Positions 26,701 through 40,277 of a stretch of DNA of 64,000 nucleotides are shown in pieces (position 1 is the stretch's first letter; every line of letters begins with the position of its first letter). The notes beneath the pieces were generated by a model, which ran no database searches, was not told the origin of the DNA, and worked only from the letters and a program-made list of their open reading frames with translations. The DNA is from Yuukianura sp. NJ FZ-2021. Taxonomy: Eukaryota. The translations under genes were made by a program, and so were the position numbers. The DNA lies in assembly GCA_046563655.1 (NCBI GenBank), contig CM102290.1, forward strand, positions 10,974,001 to 11,038,000. The letters are read 5' to 3'.

Positions 26701-28870
26701 AAATGGGGGCGGGGAAGAGGGTACTTGAATAGAAATTCCAGCCTGGAGGGGTTCTGCTGTGACCCTCTCAAGGAGGGTTAAGTGCCCGGGTACTTAAAAT
26801 GTTCAAATTTTTCAAAAATAGTTTCGTTCCTGAATCTTTGTGCTGCATTTTCAAATGGAAAAGAGGAATGCTATTTTCTTGAAGGGCTTCAGCATCATTT
26901 CCGGTGAGCAGGAGGAAGAGGCTGCTGGCCATTGGCACATTTTTCAAAAAGTTCTTTTAGAAAGAAAGATGTAGTTTTTGAAAAAAAATTTTTTTTTGGG
27001 AAATGGACAATGGTTATTGTGCAAAAGTGTCTGAGTCATTGAATAGGAAGAATGCAATGGGTTGACTGCGTTTCTGGAAGTTGTGACACAGCGTGTCCCT
27101 TTCTAAGGGTCTCAAGGGCTCTTTTTTCTGCCTTTAGAAAATGGAGATGTCAACTTTTTCAAGGCGGAACGGGACTGCATTGTTTACTAACAAAAATTTT
27201 CCGGCAAGGAATGTTGCAGAAAAACAAAATTTTCCAACCACAAAAGTTGTACAACTAGCACGCAAGCAAAAGTTGAGAGGATAATGGGTGCATATGAGTT
27301 TTCCAAAATTTTGCGCAATTCCTGGCAAAAAAAAAAGTTGCACTTTTTTGTTCAGATTTCAGTTTTGCAGAATTTTCAGTTTTTGGCTTTTATCGAATTT
27401 TCAGAATTGTTTGGTGATTTGAGAATTTTTTTGATCTTTTATTTTTTGTTGAGTACGTTTTCCAACATTTTTTGTTGTTTGGGTTTTCAAGAATTTTTTT
27501 AAGGGAGTTTCTGTTGCTGTTTGGCACATTTTTTTAGTGTTTGAAAATAACCCGCCTTTCCCGGTTGGAAAAAGCTTTCATTTTTTTTTTCGTTGACGTT
27601 GAGGAGCATCCGTGCCCACCTCTGTTGGCACAGCTAGTGACTTTCTTCTAATTGTTGAGTTTTCTTTTGATTAAGAGTTTGGGGTTAAGGATTTCAGTGG
27701 ATGTTGACACTGGGCTCAGCCTCTTGGATGACCCTGTCACATCCACACGTACGAAACGCAACTTAAGACGTGCGTTCCAGGACTTTGGGCTTGATGAGCT
27801 TCTTGGCACGGGGACTTGGGCAGAAGGCGGGTTCTTTTGAATCTTGATTTTGAAGGAGCGCGAAAAGTCTTTTTTGGACGGCGGTCAACCATCAAGTTTC
27901 GCTTTCCAAATTCCTCCTTTTGTGTGTCAACAAGAAGACTCATTCAGAAGGTAGTAGTTTTTCAGCCTGAGCGTGACGATATGTTTGTAGAGGTCATGGG
28001 GCTGTGGAATCCAAATTTAAACTTTGGCGGTTCCCTCCCTTTTCGGATGTTATTTAAACAGCTAACGGTTTTTGGTTTTTGGAGTCCAAGTGAGCAGTGT
28101 TATTATTGGAAGTAGTTTTTGGATCATGTCGGCTGAGAATAAGGTTTGTTTTGTGCCTTAGACGGACATGGGATATGAAGCTTTCTTCCTCTCCCTTTGT
28201 TTGTTTGTTGTTTTTGGTGTATTCTTGTTCTAAATGTACTTTTTTTCAAAAGTAAGTTTTTTTAAAAAAAGATTTTCTAAAAGAACCTAGCTGCCATTTC
28301 CTCCTCCCATTATTCTATCCGCTCATAAATAATGTGGCTTCCCCAAAAATGAATGTGGGGAGGGAGGTCAAATGAGGAAGGCTGCACGGAACTCTGTCCA
28401 AAGGGCCCCCCACTCCCGGACTCTCTTCAAAGGCACCCCCCATCTCTTTAAAGTTCCAACACAGTGTTTACCTTTTGGAAATTTTGAAAATCTTGGCCTC
28501 CATTTTGGTTTCTTCTCTGGGTCAGCTCCTCCAGAGGTCATAATTCATGTTCAAATGGGGTAGAAATGCCATGGAAGACCAGCGGGGGATGGCTCGTTCA
28601 ATAAAAACTGTCTTTTGAAAAAAAATTGAACGAAAACGAGTGGGTTTGTGCAGCTGAGTGGACATTTTTTGACACTTTTCAACCGAACAATTAATGTCAT
28701 TTTTCATGACACTGGGAACTACTGGAACTTGACAAAAAACGGTGGGAAAGGGGGGTCGAAACTTGAAATTTGACTTTTCTTGTAACTTGTAAGTTTTGTT
28801 GTAGTAAACACTGGTTCAGATCCATTTCCAGAGAAATAAAGGTCAAGCGTCACTCCGTTGGAATTCTGAG

Positions 28871-29014
28871 AGGTCAATGACCTGTCAAAGGTCAAACTAA
28901 CCTGGTTGAGCTTCGAATGGTCAGAGGTCATTGACATACTGAAAGCAAGAGTGTCGCCGTAGAATTTCGAATGGTGAGGTCAGTGACCTTTCAAAGGTCA
29001 GGGGTCATTGAACT
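28871..29014. promoter_or_regulatory. Cluster of IR1 (EcR/USP ecdysone-response-type) nuclear receptor elements
   Basis: AGGTCAaTGACCT 28871-83, AGGTCAtTGACAT 28925-37, AGGTCAgTGACCT 28977-89, GGGTCAtTGAACT 29002-14, plus extra AGGTCA half-sites. Confidence 0.6.
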
Positions 29015-32000
29015 TCCAAAGGTAAGGCCTTTGACCTCCAGGAAATTGTGAGATGAAACTTTTGCTGCAGTGGATTTGAACTTGGAGGAGGGAATTAAGT
29101 TATGCAGTTTGGGTGGGGTGGAAAGTGTCTCAATTGACACGTTCCGGTGGAGTCTTTTTTGAAAGTTGGCGCTTCTGGGCCTCTGGGCGCGCACTTTTAA
29201 AGTGTCCCTGTTCTCACTTTCACTTTGAGTAGTCTTTGCCCATCATCACCATATTCTCATGCCATTTAGAAGGGAGAGTTCCCCGCCCCTCCTTTCTTCT
29301 GGTCCCCCCGACCCCGGGAATTGGGCTCAGCATAATTATGAGCTCCCGACCTTAATCTAGTGTGTAGGAGACTTTGACTTTGTCCCGCTGGGACTCTTGA
29401 CGAAATTTGGATAAGCTAGGACCAGAGCTGGATCTTAGAAGAGAAAGCAGGGAAATTTAAAATTAAGAGACAAAGAAGGAACGCTAGCTTTTTACTGGAT
29501 CATCAAGTCCAGCCACGTCGGTACTTCTTTTGTCACCAAATGATGTTTTTAGTTGATACGGAGAGACTTCTTGTGCAACCTTGTCCGTCTGTCTGTCTGT
29601 CCGAATTTTGAAAATGCATGCGGAAATTATAAATTTTGAATTTGGGAAATGTGCAAGCATAAGGTCACGACAAGATCCGTTGAGGAAAGTGATTATAATG
29701 AAAAGTAAAGTTTAATGGTGAAGGTTATGCTGATTTTGTATTTTGATGATCTTCGACCCGCGAAAATTTGATTCAAATTTGGAGGGAAAATTGGTAAAGG
29801 CGACATTGACTAGTTGGTTGTGTTGGGAAGGCGGGTGATTTAAATTCAAGTCAAGTCGAGAGAGATTCCGGGAGGACATTATTTCATGGTTCCCTTGTTG
29901 TTGTTAAGGATTTAGGAAGAGCGGAAGAGACGGAGTCACGTGGCAGGGTTCCGGAAGGAAATCCAGGGAAATGATTTCAAAAGTTCCCTCCACGCTGGAG
30001 GGTCTCATTCCCCCGTAACCATTTTCCATTTGTGCAGAATCGGTGGAGGGCCCCCCTCCTCCTCCCTCCTCCTGGTGTCCTTAAAGGGTTCGTTCAATGG
30101 AAGATGATGATGATAATGGCGACGAGCGGGAAGGGCTCAAATTCAAATCAAGTCGACGGCCGAGGGAAATGGACGTTGAGCCTACAGCCTAATTTCCGCT
30201 TTCCCTCGTCCTGATGAACCTGCTCAACCTAATGCCAACCTAACGTAGAGTAGGCTAAACCTAACGCTGTCCTCTAGGTTTTTAAGACCTTGGGTGCATT
30301 GGGTTTAGAGTCGGAGGATGATGGTCGATGATGCCTGGGAGATTGGAGTTGGTGCGTAGGAAATGGGAGTTAGCGTTTGGTTGAATGACTCCATCTTTCA
30401 CGACTGCACTGGAAACTAGCGCGCGGGAAATATGTTAAGTTTCAAAAGTTGGAAATAGGCTGGAGGGAACGGTGCCCAGGGTGTCCTTGTAATCATTCAC
30501 TTCTTAATATATTCTTTTTTGCAAAAAAAAAGTATGAAAATGTGGAAGAAGTTCATAAGCTTTCGAAAAATCAAGAGCCATGGGGCTGGAAAAATTGTTT
30601 TCTTAACGTTTTAGTATACGCTGGAAAGGAAATCAGGATTCGAAGGCCTCCAATGAAGAAAAACTACGAGCACTTTACCGCTTTTTTGGCTAGAGTTCGA
30701 TTGTACGTGGTTTAAATCAGTTTGATTTTAATCGATTAGCTCGTTGTCACTCATGATTAATATTATATTTTTGTTTTGACGGTTAAAAAATTGGTGACGT
30801 CATTTTCACCGGATAAACAGATGGGTGAAAAGTTTTATCCGTGCTTTAGATTGGAGTTATTTAATTTGTATTTTATACAGAGCGAAAGCTACTTTATGCA
30901 TCGACGTCGTTTTTCTGTCTGTCTGTCTACACCTTGCGCTTGCGCCGCTTGTGGTGTATTTATATTTAACAGTTGATTTTATGTTCACGTGAAAAGCCTA
31001 AGCACCGAATTGCGCGGAGTATATTTTATGGACAAAAGTCCGTGGATAATTTCTTTTGTTGAGGAAAAATTTTAACGAAGAATATTAATCGATTAATACC
31101 GTATTGCTGTATGTGGTTGGAGAACTGACGGAAGAAAGCAGCTTTTTCTCTCTAGTGAAAATTCTTAAATTCCACTTTTTGAAGGGAAGAAAAGCGGAAG
31201 GAAGGAAAGGTGGGAATGAATTTGTAGAGAGAGCGTTGAATGCATTATGCATTAGACCTTGCTATAGGTTCTTTCCTGCGAGGCAGAGTTAACAGTTACA
31301 GTCGACTAACCTAAACAAATCTATTCATCCCCATTTGAATCTTTCCCTCCTTTCCAAAATCAAAAAAGTACAAAGAAAATCAAATTCAGAATCTGGCGGC
31401 CTCATTTTCTTCAATACTTTTGCTAAATATTTGTAACCTCTGGGCGAACATTTCGTGGAATCTGAAATTTAGTTTCGCCTTTCTCAGAGAACTGCCATAA
31501 TTTTAAGTTAGACGTTAAATTTTCCGTCGAGTTTGTTGAAAATGAAGCCTTCTAAGAGTAGAGCGGAAAATTTGAAATTTTGAAAATTATGATATTGTTA
31601 CAGGTTTTAAAGCATAAAAGAGGTTTAAAGAAACACTGTTTAGAAGTTGCTGGATTACTAAGATTTAGAGGGATTAGCAACGGAGATTTTGAGAGTTTGC
31701 GAGAGGGAAGAGTGTAAAACTAAGTTCAAGTTTTTGAAAATTTAAATTTTCCGCTCAAGTAGTTCGTACCGATTTTCCGGCGATTTTCTGGAGATTTGGA
31801 GTCTCGACTAAAATTTCCATAAGGAGATAACAATTCCTGTTTATGAGACGGACAATAATGGCTTCAATGGAACGATTTGAACAGCCCTCCGCCCCCACGC
31901 CCACTTACTTTGAATGGCGGAACACTTGAAAAGAGTCGTCTGAATGGAAGTGTCATGGCGTCGTCATCGTGTCATCTCAGGTCACACAAACAATATCCTC

Positions 32001-34351
32001 CCCCTTAACTTTCCTTTTGCTATAACATGTTAGTCTAGACTCTTTTGTGTCACTTCCGGAGGAACCATAACCGAAAACCACAACAAGATTCAGTGGGAGG
32101 GAAGTGAGTAGTTTCCAAAAGCGTTTTGAAAATGGCGCTCTTTTCAAAAACACAAATCTCTGCTGCTGGGTTGCCTTAAACCAATGCTTTCCCGGAACCA
32201 AATCAGATTTTAATAATACCCGCCCTTTCCCAGTTTTACAGTTCTAATGAGATCGTTACATGAAAATTAATTCCAATTTTCTCATACTTTCTGCCTTATA
32301 GCATAGTTGTGTGAGCCGAACGTGGAAAAACAACCGACCTCGTCCAAACTCATATTCCGGAATTCGAAATTTGCAATTTGGGGTCAATGACTTTTACAAT
32401 TTGACGGCTGATTTTTGAAAAAATTTTCTTGTACTAATGACTAGAAATCCATATTCGAACAAATTAGTTACAGATTTGACATTATGCGTCAGGAAAAACA
32501 GAGAGGAAGAAATATGCGTTCATTAGAAACGGACATTTTTTCGAAAAGCGTGAAAAATTTTAATAAAAATTTGAAAATTGCCATTTCCCATGCGTTTTTT
32601 TCTTGGGATATGGGAAAGGGGGTCCTTAAAGTGGATTTATGGCGGCGATTTGGAATTGAGTTTTTTTTTCTGCGGGAAAGTGGGCTGGAGTGATAAAATA
32701 TTATGAAAATTAAAGGAATTATGACTTTGTTGGTTGAGAGGGAAAGTTTGAAGTGAAAAAAACTTTTATGAGTTCTGAAAGCTCAAACTGCGTTTTTTTA
32801 AACAAAATTTGCTCGTAACCGAAAAAAAAGTTTAAGTGAGCGAGTGATTAACTGATTAAGTTTGAAGTCGAACAAGAGATTTGGACTTTTTCTGAAGGAA
32901 TTAAAATAAATCCATTGCTCAAAAAAAGTAAAATTTTGCAGTTAGGGGGAAAAATTGGATTTTTTTTGAATGGGAATGGTAGGACGACAGTCGTTCATAG
33001 GTTAAGCCCTAAAATTATATTTTTTGAAATGGAAGATACAGATTTCTGGAATGTTCAAATGTTGAATCGTGTCCAAAAAAGTAAAAAGTGAAAGTTTGGA
33101 TTTGTCGCCACTTTCTCTTGTCTTTATGACCGACCAATTGGATCACTCAACCACCACTCAGCATATCATTTGAGTAAGACGCAGAAAGAAAGTTAGGTTT
33201 TTGTTATAGTTTCTTAGTCCTAACCTAACTGTAGTCTAAGTATAGTATCTTCTGTGAAAGTTGGAACTAAAGCAGAACACTTGAAAACTAGAAAAGTTGA
33301 AACTTGAAACCTGAAACAGTGGAAAAAGAAAAGAAAGCGAGAGAGAACATGGATTTTAAGCCGACTTTTGCAAACTTTTGTAATATTAACCTAACGACTC
33401 CACTACTCCACTTTCTCTCTCAAGAACTTTTCACTTTCATGGAAAATGACATTGGGTGGATAGGATTCTATCAAAGGTAACTCTCTCCGGAGGACCTTTT
33501 CACTTTCAACGGATTCTAAAATATAAGTAATACTTGAACGCATGAGAACAAAGAAAATCCATTTTCAATTTCCAATATTTCTGCAAAAAAGAGGGCTGCG
33601 CAGGCGAAATAAGACTTTTTTTTTGTCTGAAATAATTTTTAGACAGTAAAAAGTTTGCAGGTTCTTGACAAAGTTCCCGCGAAAATATTTTTTAGCATAG
33701 CGGTGAAAGCATGGTTCAGGCTTCCCTCAAAATTCAATTTTGGTTACAAAAGTTACAAAAAGTTATTTTTTTTTCTGAAATAAGAAGTGTTGTTTTAAAT
33801 TTTGAAAAAAAAAAGTTGGAATGTTTGGTAGGCAGAGGTCATGTACCTTTGGATTCAAAATGTCAGTTTTTGACTTGGCAGAAAGCCGTTGTTGTGATCC
33901 CGCACCTCTGGTTTGATTGTTATAAATTGACTTTTTTTTTCTCGTTTTTGTTCGTTTTCTGCTTTGCCAATTTGTTGCCAATTTTTTGTAGTCTGTGTGA
34001 ATTCCAATTGAGCATAAACGAGGCCTGAGGAGCTTAAGTTATTCAGGAATGGCGTTAATTCATCATCTTGGAACTTTGGTTGACATGAGAGAGAATTTGC
34101 AACTGCTCTTAAGCCCTATGCTGACTCTGCTGCTCCTTATCCTTGCAAATATGTCAAGATTAAGTTTGCGATTTCAACGGTGTACACAGCTGAGTTGGTT
34201 GAAAGAAGAAGATTGGGAATTAGGAAGACGAGGAGCGTGATTCAGTTGGATTTGGGTGATTTATGGAAGCCTAGTTTCCCCAAGACAACTTTGTGCTAGA
34301 GTCCATTTCTTGCAATCCTCATCAGTTTCTGGTGAAAAAGAAAGATTCCAT

Positions 34352-35372
34352 GTGAATTGGTCAGAATAATTTGGTCAAAAGTGAAATGATCAGAGGTGAA
34401 AAGGTCAGAAGTGAAAAGGTCAAAAAGTGAAAAGATCAGAATTGAAATGGTCAGAATGTCAAATGATCAGAAGCCGAAAAGATCAGAAAGTGAAAAGGTC
34501 AGAAAGTGAAAAGATCAAAAATGAAATGATCAGAATACAATAAGGTCAGAAATTATGGCATAGGTTCTTCACATAACCAGTCAGTTATGGACGGTCAATA
34601 GTTGTCCGATATTCTTACCGTCGGTCACTTGTGGACATCTTCGACTCGGGCGACTTTTATTTTCCCGCGCCGAAGGCGCGTTGTTAGGTTTTTATAACTC
34701 GACAATAGTGATTACGTTTACTAGACGGAACCCGTGATGTTTACACATCACGATGACATGAAGGAAGGATGAATTTGAACATTTTGTCAAAAATCCGCTA
34801 GCTTTTTCGTTTGACCCGGGGTATGACCTAGGTAATTTCGTGATGTGTAAACATCACGGGTTCTGTCTAGTTGAATCGAAAATGTATTGTAAAGGCTGGG
34901 GGGCAAGCCCCCAGACCCCCTCATTTTGGCTTTTGAGTTGAGATGGAATTTTTGAAAGTCTGTGCTTGGAGAAGTAATGTTAAAGGGACACCCCAGGATC
35001 GTTCCACTCTTCCAAGCAGAGAGAGTTTTTTGCACATATAGTTTGCATTAGCATGGGATTTCACGTTGTGACCAAGGGACACTCGTCAATTAGAGTATGA
35101 TAGGTTTTTGTTTTAATTAGGTGGGGCTACGTTACATGACTATATTGATTGATTACATTTGGAGGTTTACTTTTGACCTTTTACTGCATTCTGATCATTT
35201 CATTTTTGACCTTTTCACTTTCTGACCTTTTCACTTTCTGATCTTTTTGGCTTCTGATCATTTGACATTCTGACCATTTCAATTCTGATCTTTTCACTTT
35301 TTGACCTTTTCACTTCTGACCTTTTCACCTCTGATCATTTCACTTTTGACCAAATTATTCTGACCAATTCAC
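34352..35372. mobile_element. Foldback-like element with long modular inverted repeats
   Basis: Arms 34352-~34550 and ~35172-35372 are reverse complements (about 185 bp with ~2 mismatches, then degenerate). Each arm is a tandem array of ~15-16-bp units like GTGAAAAGGTCAGAA. Non-coding centre; no clear TSD. Confidence 0.85.
34721..34870. mobile_element. 150-bp inverted-repeat element nested in the foldback element (MITE or double Helitron-3'-end element)
   Basis: 33-bp IRs CTAGACGGAACCCGTGATGTTTACACATCACGA (34721-34753) and TCGTGATGTGTAAACATCACGGGTTCTGTCTAG (34838-34870), 1 mismatch. Each arm has an internal palindrome CGTGATGT-N4-ACATCACG. Confidence 0.75.
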
Positions 35373-38300
35373 CTGCTACGAAAAGAAAAGGATAACTACG
35401 GGGAGACTGGCAAACTCTTGTAATATGGAATGAAATTAAGGGAAAGTAGGCTGCGAATTAGGAAAGTAGCAGAGGGGATGCGTAGAAGAAGATTCTGGAC
35501 AGGGTTGGGGACATTCCTGGTGAAAGAAGCGACAACAAACGGCGCGAAACGCGAAAAAGATAAATTAATCGGAAAAAAAATAGTGAAGAAATTTATGAGT
35601 CTAGACGTTTTTGCGTTTGAATACGGCCCGCGAATTTTGCGTTGTAGTTCACATCGTTTTTAAACTTTGTGGTATATTTTGTTCGTTATGTTGGATTTAG
35701 CGCAGTTTTTTTTTTCGCGGTGTGGATATTTCGTTTTTTGAATTTTTGCTTCTCCTGTTTCCTCGAACTTTGAGTTTTGCTTTTTTTTTTGTAGCTTGGA
35801 ATTGCATTGAATTTTGGATTTTGTCTTGTTTTTTTTTGTTGTTGTACTAGTTCTGTCGCGACTTTTGTAATTCCGTTTCGGTTTTTGATTTCGTGCCTTT
35901 TGTTTTTGGGGACTAAGCCCTGCTGCACATAACGAAGGATTGTTAAGAAGATACATTTGTCTTTTTGTTTTCCTTTGGACGTGGATTAGTGCCTCAAGGG
36001 CTACCAAGGAGCAGAGGAAAGTTGAGTTGATCATCTTCCCGGGAAAAGAGCTTCTCCCTTCATCTTCCCCAATTTTTCCTGGAAGGCAGTTCCCATCTCA
36101 CATCATGATGGATACGAAAATTTGTTCGTCGTGTTAGTCGATTCAAGTATGAGACTACAGTGCTATGTAGGATATAATGCAGCAATTCTCAAAATTCGGA
36201 ATTCCGAATTCTGATAAGAAAAAAAGAATGTCAGTATTGTAGGTTTTTTTCTAGCTGTGGTTATTTAAAGTATCGCCAGAATGCTTCCCAGTCTTGCTGG
36301 GGCTTCGCTCCATACACTTCAGTCGTCCTTCCGAAAATTTAGCATTCCTCTGAACACTTCTTAAGATCAAAGCACCAAACCATTTACCTCAATTCATATA
36401 GAAGCATTGTTATATTCTACATGTCATTGATTGTTTTATTTCCGAAAAGTCAAAATCCAAATACATGAAAAAATGGGGATTCTTCCAAAAAAAAATTGTG
36501 ATGGCAAGGGTCCTCCTTCCGGTTCCTTACCGACCAGAAAGAATTTTTTACAAAACGATTGGAACTATGCAATTCCGGAATTAGTGTTTTCATTAGTATT
36601 AGAACAGAAAGGAGAAAATTTTAGAAACAACAGTAAAGAATTAGATGAACTGGAATCTTTAGAATGAAGAGATATTTTTAGAAAAGAAGAAGCTCATTTC
36701 GGGAAGTTTTGGTTGATTGAAGTGGACTTGAATTTTTTTGGTTGCTGAGAAAGTTGTGCATCTTATTCCACCGAATAGCCAGAGATTTCCATCTTCATGT
36801 TCCCTGTGACTCAGTAATGAGTCGGCATCTCGGCTGTTCCTTGAGTTTCATAAGATGAGCCAGCATCTGAGCCAATTAGATTCAACGATCTTGAGACATG
36901 AAGAATTCTTAGTCTTCATGGGATTTGGAGATGGTGGAAGAAAGTTCAAAGGAACATGAAACGATGAAAGCTCAGATTTTCCTAAAGAGGATCAAAAAAT
37001 TTCTAACGCTTCAGCTCGTTTTTGGTGTTTGGCGGAGCCTGAAATGTCATGTTTATGCAAGATTTTGCGAGGTTAAGCTCGATTTTTCCTATGTTAAATC
37101 TAAAAAAAATTATTAGGTTTTTGGTGTGAATTGTGCTGATAGGTTACGTTAGCGGGAAAAAGTAAAATAAGTTTTGATAAGAGTTTGGTGATGGGGAAAT
37201 AATTTTGAAATTTGAAATGATTTCCGGGAATTTAACTTTTCAGTTCAGTTGACTCGAAAACAAAAAAAGGATTTAGACTAACGTAAAATAGATTTTTTTT
37301 CAATATAAAGTGGACATAGGGTTATGTTATGTTTTTGGAAAGAGGAAACGAGTTTCAAAATGTAGTTACTTTTCAATCTTCCAATTTGGGAAACGCTGCT
37401 GTTTTTTCTGGAAGCGTTTTTAAATTTTGATTTTTATGCTCCAGTGAACCTGGAAGGGAAAGTGAATTCAGGGTTGCTTCGTTTTTTTCATGTCTCGGAT
37501 GTTTTCATCCTCTAGCGATTTTGGATTTATGAAAAAACTAAACATGTTGAAAATATTCTTAAAATATTTTAGACTGACTAACTTAAATTAGACGAGTTAG
37601 GCTAGATTCAACATACATTTTAAGGATTTCACAAAATCTTGAACTGAAATCATACTTTGGACAGTGGAGATGAAATTTTTAAATTCCAATATTTTCCAAA
37701 TGCATAATGTAACATGTTTTCCTTGTCTAGTTCCTAAAGTCCTTTGGATTCCTTTGAATGGGTCTAAGGGCTCCCCTGTTTTCCCTTGAAGGATCACAAG
37801 CAAAAGTCCACAGGGGAAACTGGAAATTGTTTTTTTTTCTGTGTGTTTGAATTGAATTTTGTTTTATTGTTTGGTGGTTCCGGCTGGAGATGAAGCTCTA
37901 AAAAACACTATTATTTCATTTTAGCCTCGCTTGGTCAGATGCACATAAAGGGAACCCTCTTTGTGTACCTCTATAAAGGACTGCAAGGGTCCCTCATTCC
38001 TGGGTACTTAGTGAGCTTAACCCGTAACTTATAACGTTAAGGTGGAACAAATCATAACACGCATGCTCGGTCGTGTTGTAACTAGTAGAACGTACAGTTT
38101 TGCGAGTGAATTCCTGCGTAAATTTGATCTTTGGAGATGCAAAAAATTTCGGGAAGAGGAGTCCTTTGTTGAATAAATTGGAAAGACGTACAAACTTTTT
38201 AAAAACAAAGTTTTATAATTATTGTTGTTGTACTTTAATTCCTGGAATTTGGAGAAAGTTAAGTTTACCTTTATACGGGAAACGAAAAACCTTGCTGGGA

Positions 38301-40277
38301 AATTGAGGGAATTTCTTGAAATGTTGGGGAAATTTTCTGAAATGTTGCGGAAATTTGGGGGATTTTTTTAAATCTTGAAGAAACTGGTGAGATTTGGCAT
38401 CCGTTTTCAAAAATATTCGTATTTTGTGTAGAATTTGATTTCACTCGAGATACGGTGAACTGTCCATTTAGTAAAATTTTGAGTTGTGGAAGTGGGAGTC
38501 TCCGTAGGAATGAGTTCAGAGAAGGGAGCCCTTAAGGGGCCCATTAAAAGTACTTTCAATTTCCTCTGGCAGAGTAAACCAGATTTGAATCTTGCTCCTT
38601 GGCGAGCCGTGGATCATCTTCCGTTGTGGCTCAAGTTCTTAGAGTCTAAATGGCCGTTGTTGTTGGGCAAGGAGGCGGCTGAAACTGCGTCCAGGTGCCA
38701 TGGGCCCTTGAAGGCAGCTACTACCCTTGAAGGAACTCCATGGAACTCCTTCCAAGCTGTCTCGAGTCCCATTAGACGAGCTTCAAATCCTACTCTCCAC
38801 CATATCATTATGAATCCCACACTAATTCATCTTCAGTCCAAAATGCTCCTCTAAACGTTCACGCTGACTAGGTGGTTTCATCATGTTGGGTCTCCCTGCC
38901 ACACTACATCTCAAGGGCCCATTTTTACTTTCAAATAAAACCGCCTCATTTTCCGTGATCTCAATGTGAGGGACTTGACACCTTAAGGGCTCACATTCCT
39001 CGGCCATGGACTTGGTCCAGCCAAAGTGACCATATTTTTTAAATAAGGTGAAGCGTAATTTGAGTCTAAACATAGCTTCAATTGTGCCTAAAACTAACCT
39101 AACTTAGGGTAAGATAAGTTTTAGCGAACCATAAGCCAAAATTAAGAACTAAGCTAATCTTAATGCAGCTTTAACTACTTGATCTAATGTTGAGCAAATC
39201 CGTGTTAGGTTTAATCGTTTTTGAGTCAAGCGCATTGGAAAATCTGGGATTTGTCCTCTGTTTTTGGTTTTCGAGGTCAAGGTCATTGCGAGGAATGGAG
39301 AGTAAATTCTTGTTTTGATTTCCAAGTGAGACTAAAAACATGTTTAGGTTCAGTTTTTGTGAGGATTAGGTTAATGTTGGTTGATTGAAAATTTTTGAAG
39401 AAAATTGGAGAAATTTAGAGCAGGAAACGCCCTTTTCCCGCCTCTTTTGTCTAGTTTTTGGACGCTAGGTTTAGGACGCTCCAAAAGTAATGACCTAATG
39501 GACGGCTATTTGAAATCTAATTTACGTTCTTCCGTTCTTTGTTTACTGAAATGGACGGAGGTGCGGTGGTGGGCTTTTTTGAAGTGGTTGGTTATGGGAG
39601 GACCACTTGTTTTTCAATTTCCTCTCTGATCAGGCTCATCCTTCCAGAATTTGAGTAATCGCTACTCAAACTTACTCACTCACTCACCATAAGGTACCAC
39701 TGTGGTACTACACTTTTTGAAAATGCATTTCAAAAGGGGTTTGGAGTGGTCCTTAAGGGCCCTCTCATGAACTTTTTTTAGAGTTTGGATGTGGAGGACT
39801 AGGACCGGAAGAGGAGGGGATTTAATTGTGCTTCTTCTGTACTAATTGACAATTGCATTTGGAGATGAAAGTTTTACCGAGATCGGATCTCACCGGCTTT
39901 CTCACGACCACACCAAGTCAGCACTGGTAGTGCTAACCATGTGCTGAACAACTTTTGAATTCTGGCGCCTTGTGATTTTTTAAGAAAAGAAGCCGAAATT
40001 TTAATTCAAATCCAAATTTAGAGCTGGGTTTTTAACTTTTTTTTTTTTTTGATTTTCTTTTTCAGTTTGAGATGTTGAAATGCTATCAACTGGTTGGAAA
40101 TATTTTGTTTTTAGGTGTAATGCAAAAACTAAGTTTTGAAGTGTTGGAAATATTTGAAAATGGATTTTGCAATGTTTAAAAATTTTTTTCCAAAATTTGT
40201 TGAAATAGTTTTTTCAAAAATGCTTTGTGGTTTGTTTCAGATTTAAAACGTTTTGAAGATTCGGTGGTGAGCGGAAG

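Noticed and set aside
35660..36034. Lys-rich ORFs on the - strand
   Set aside because: Products of T-rich low-complexity sequence. A CAGGG...CCCTG pair at ~35500/35922 lacks a matching 8-bp TSD, so no TE call was made.
36193..36210. Perfect 18-bp palindrome AATTCGGAATTCCGAATT
   Set aside because: Isolated, with no larger structure or element ends established.
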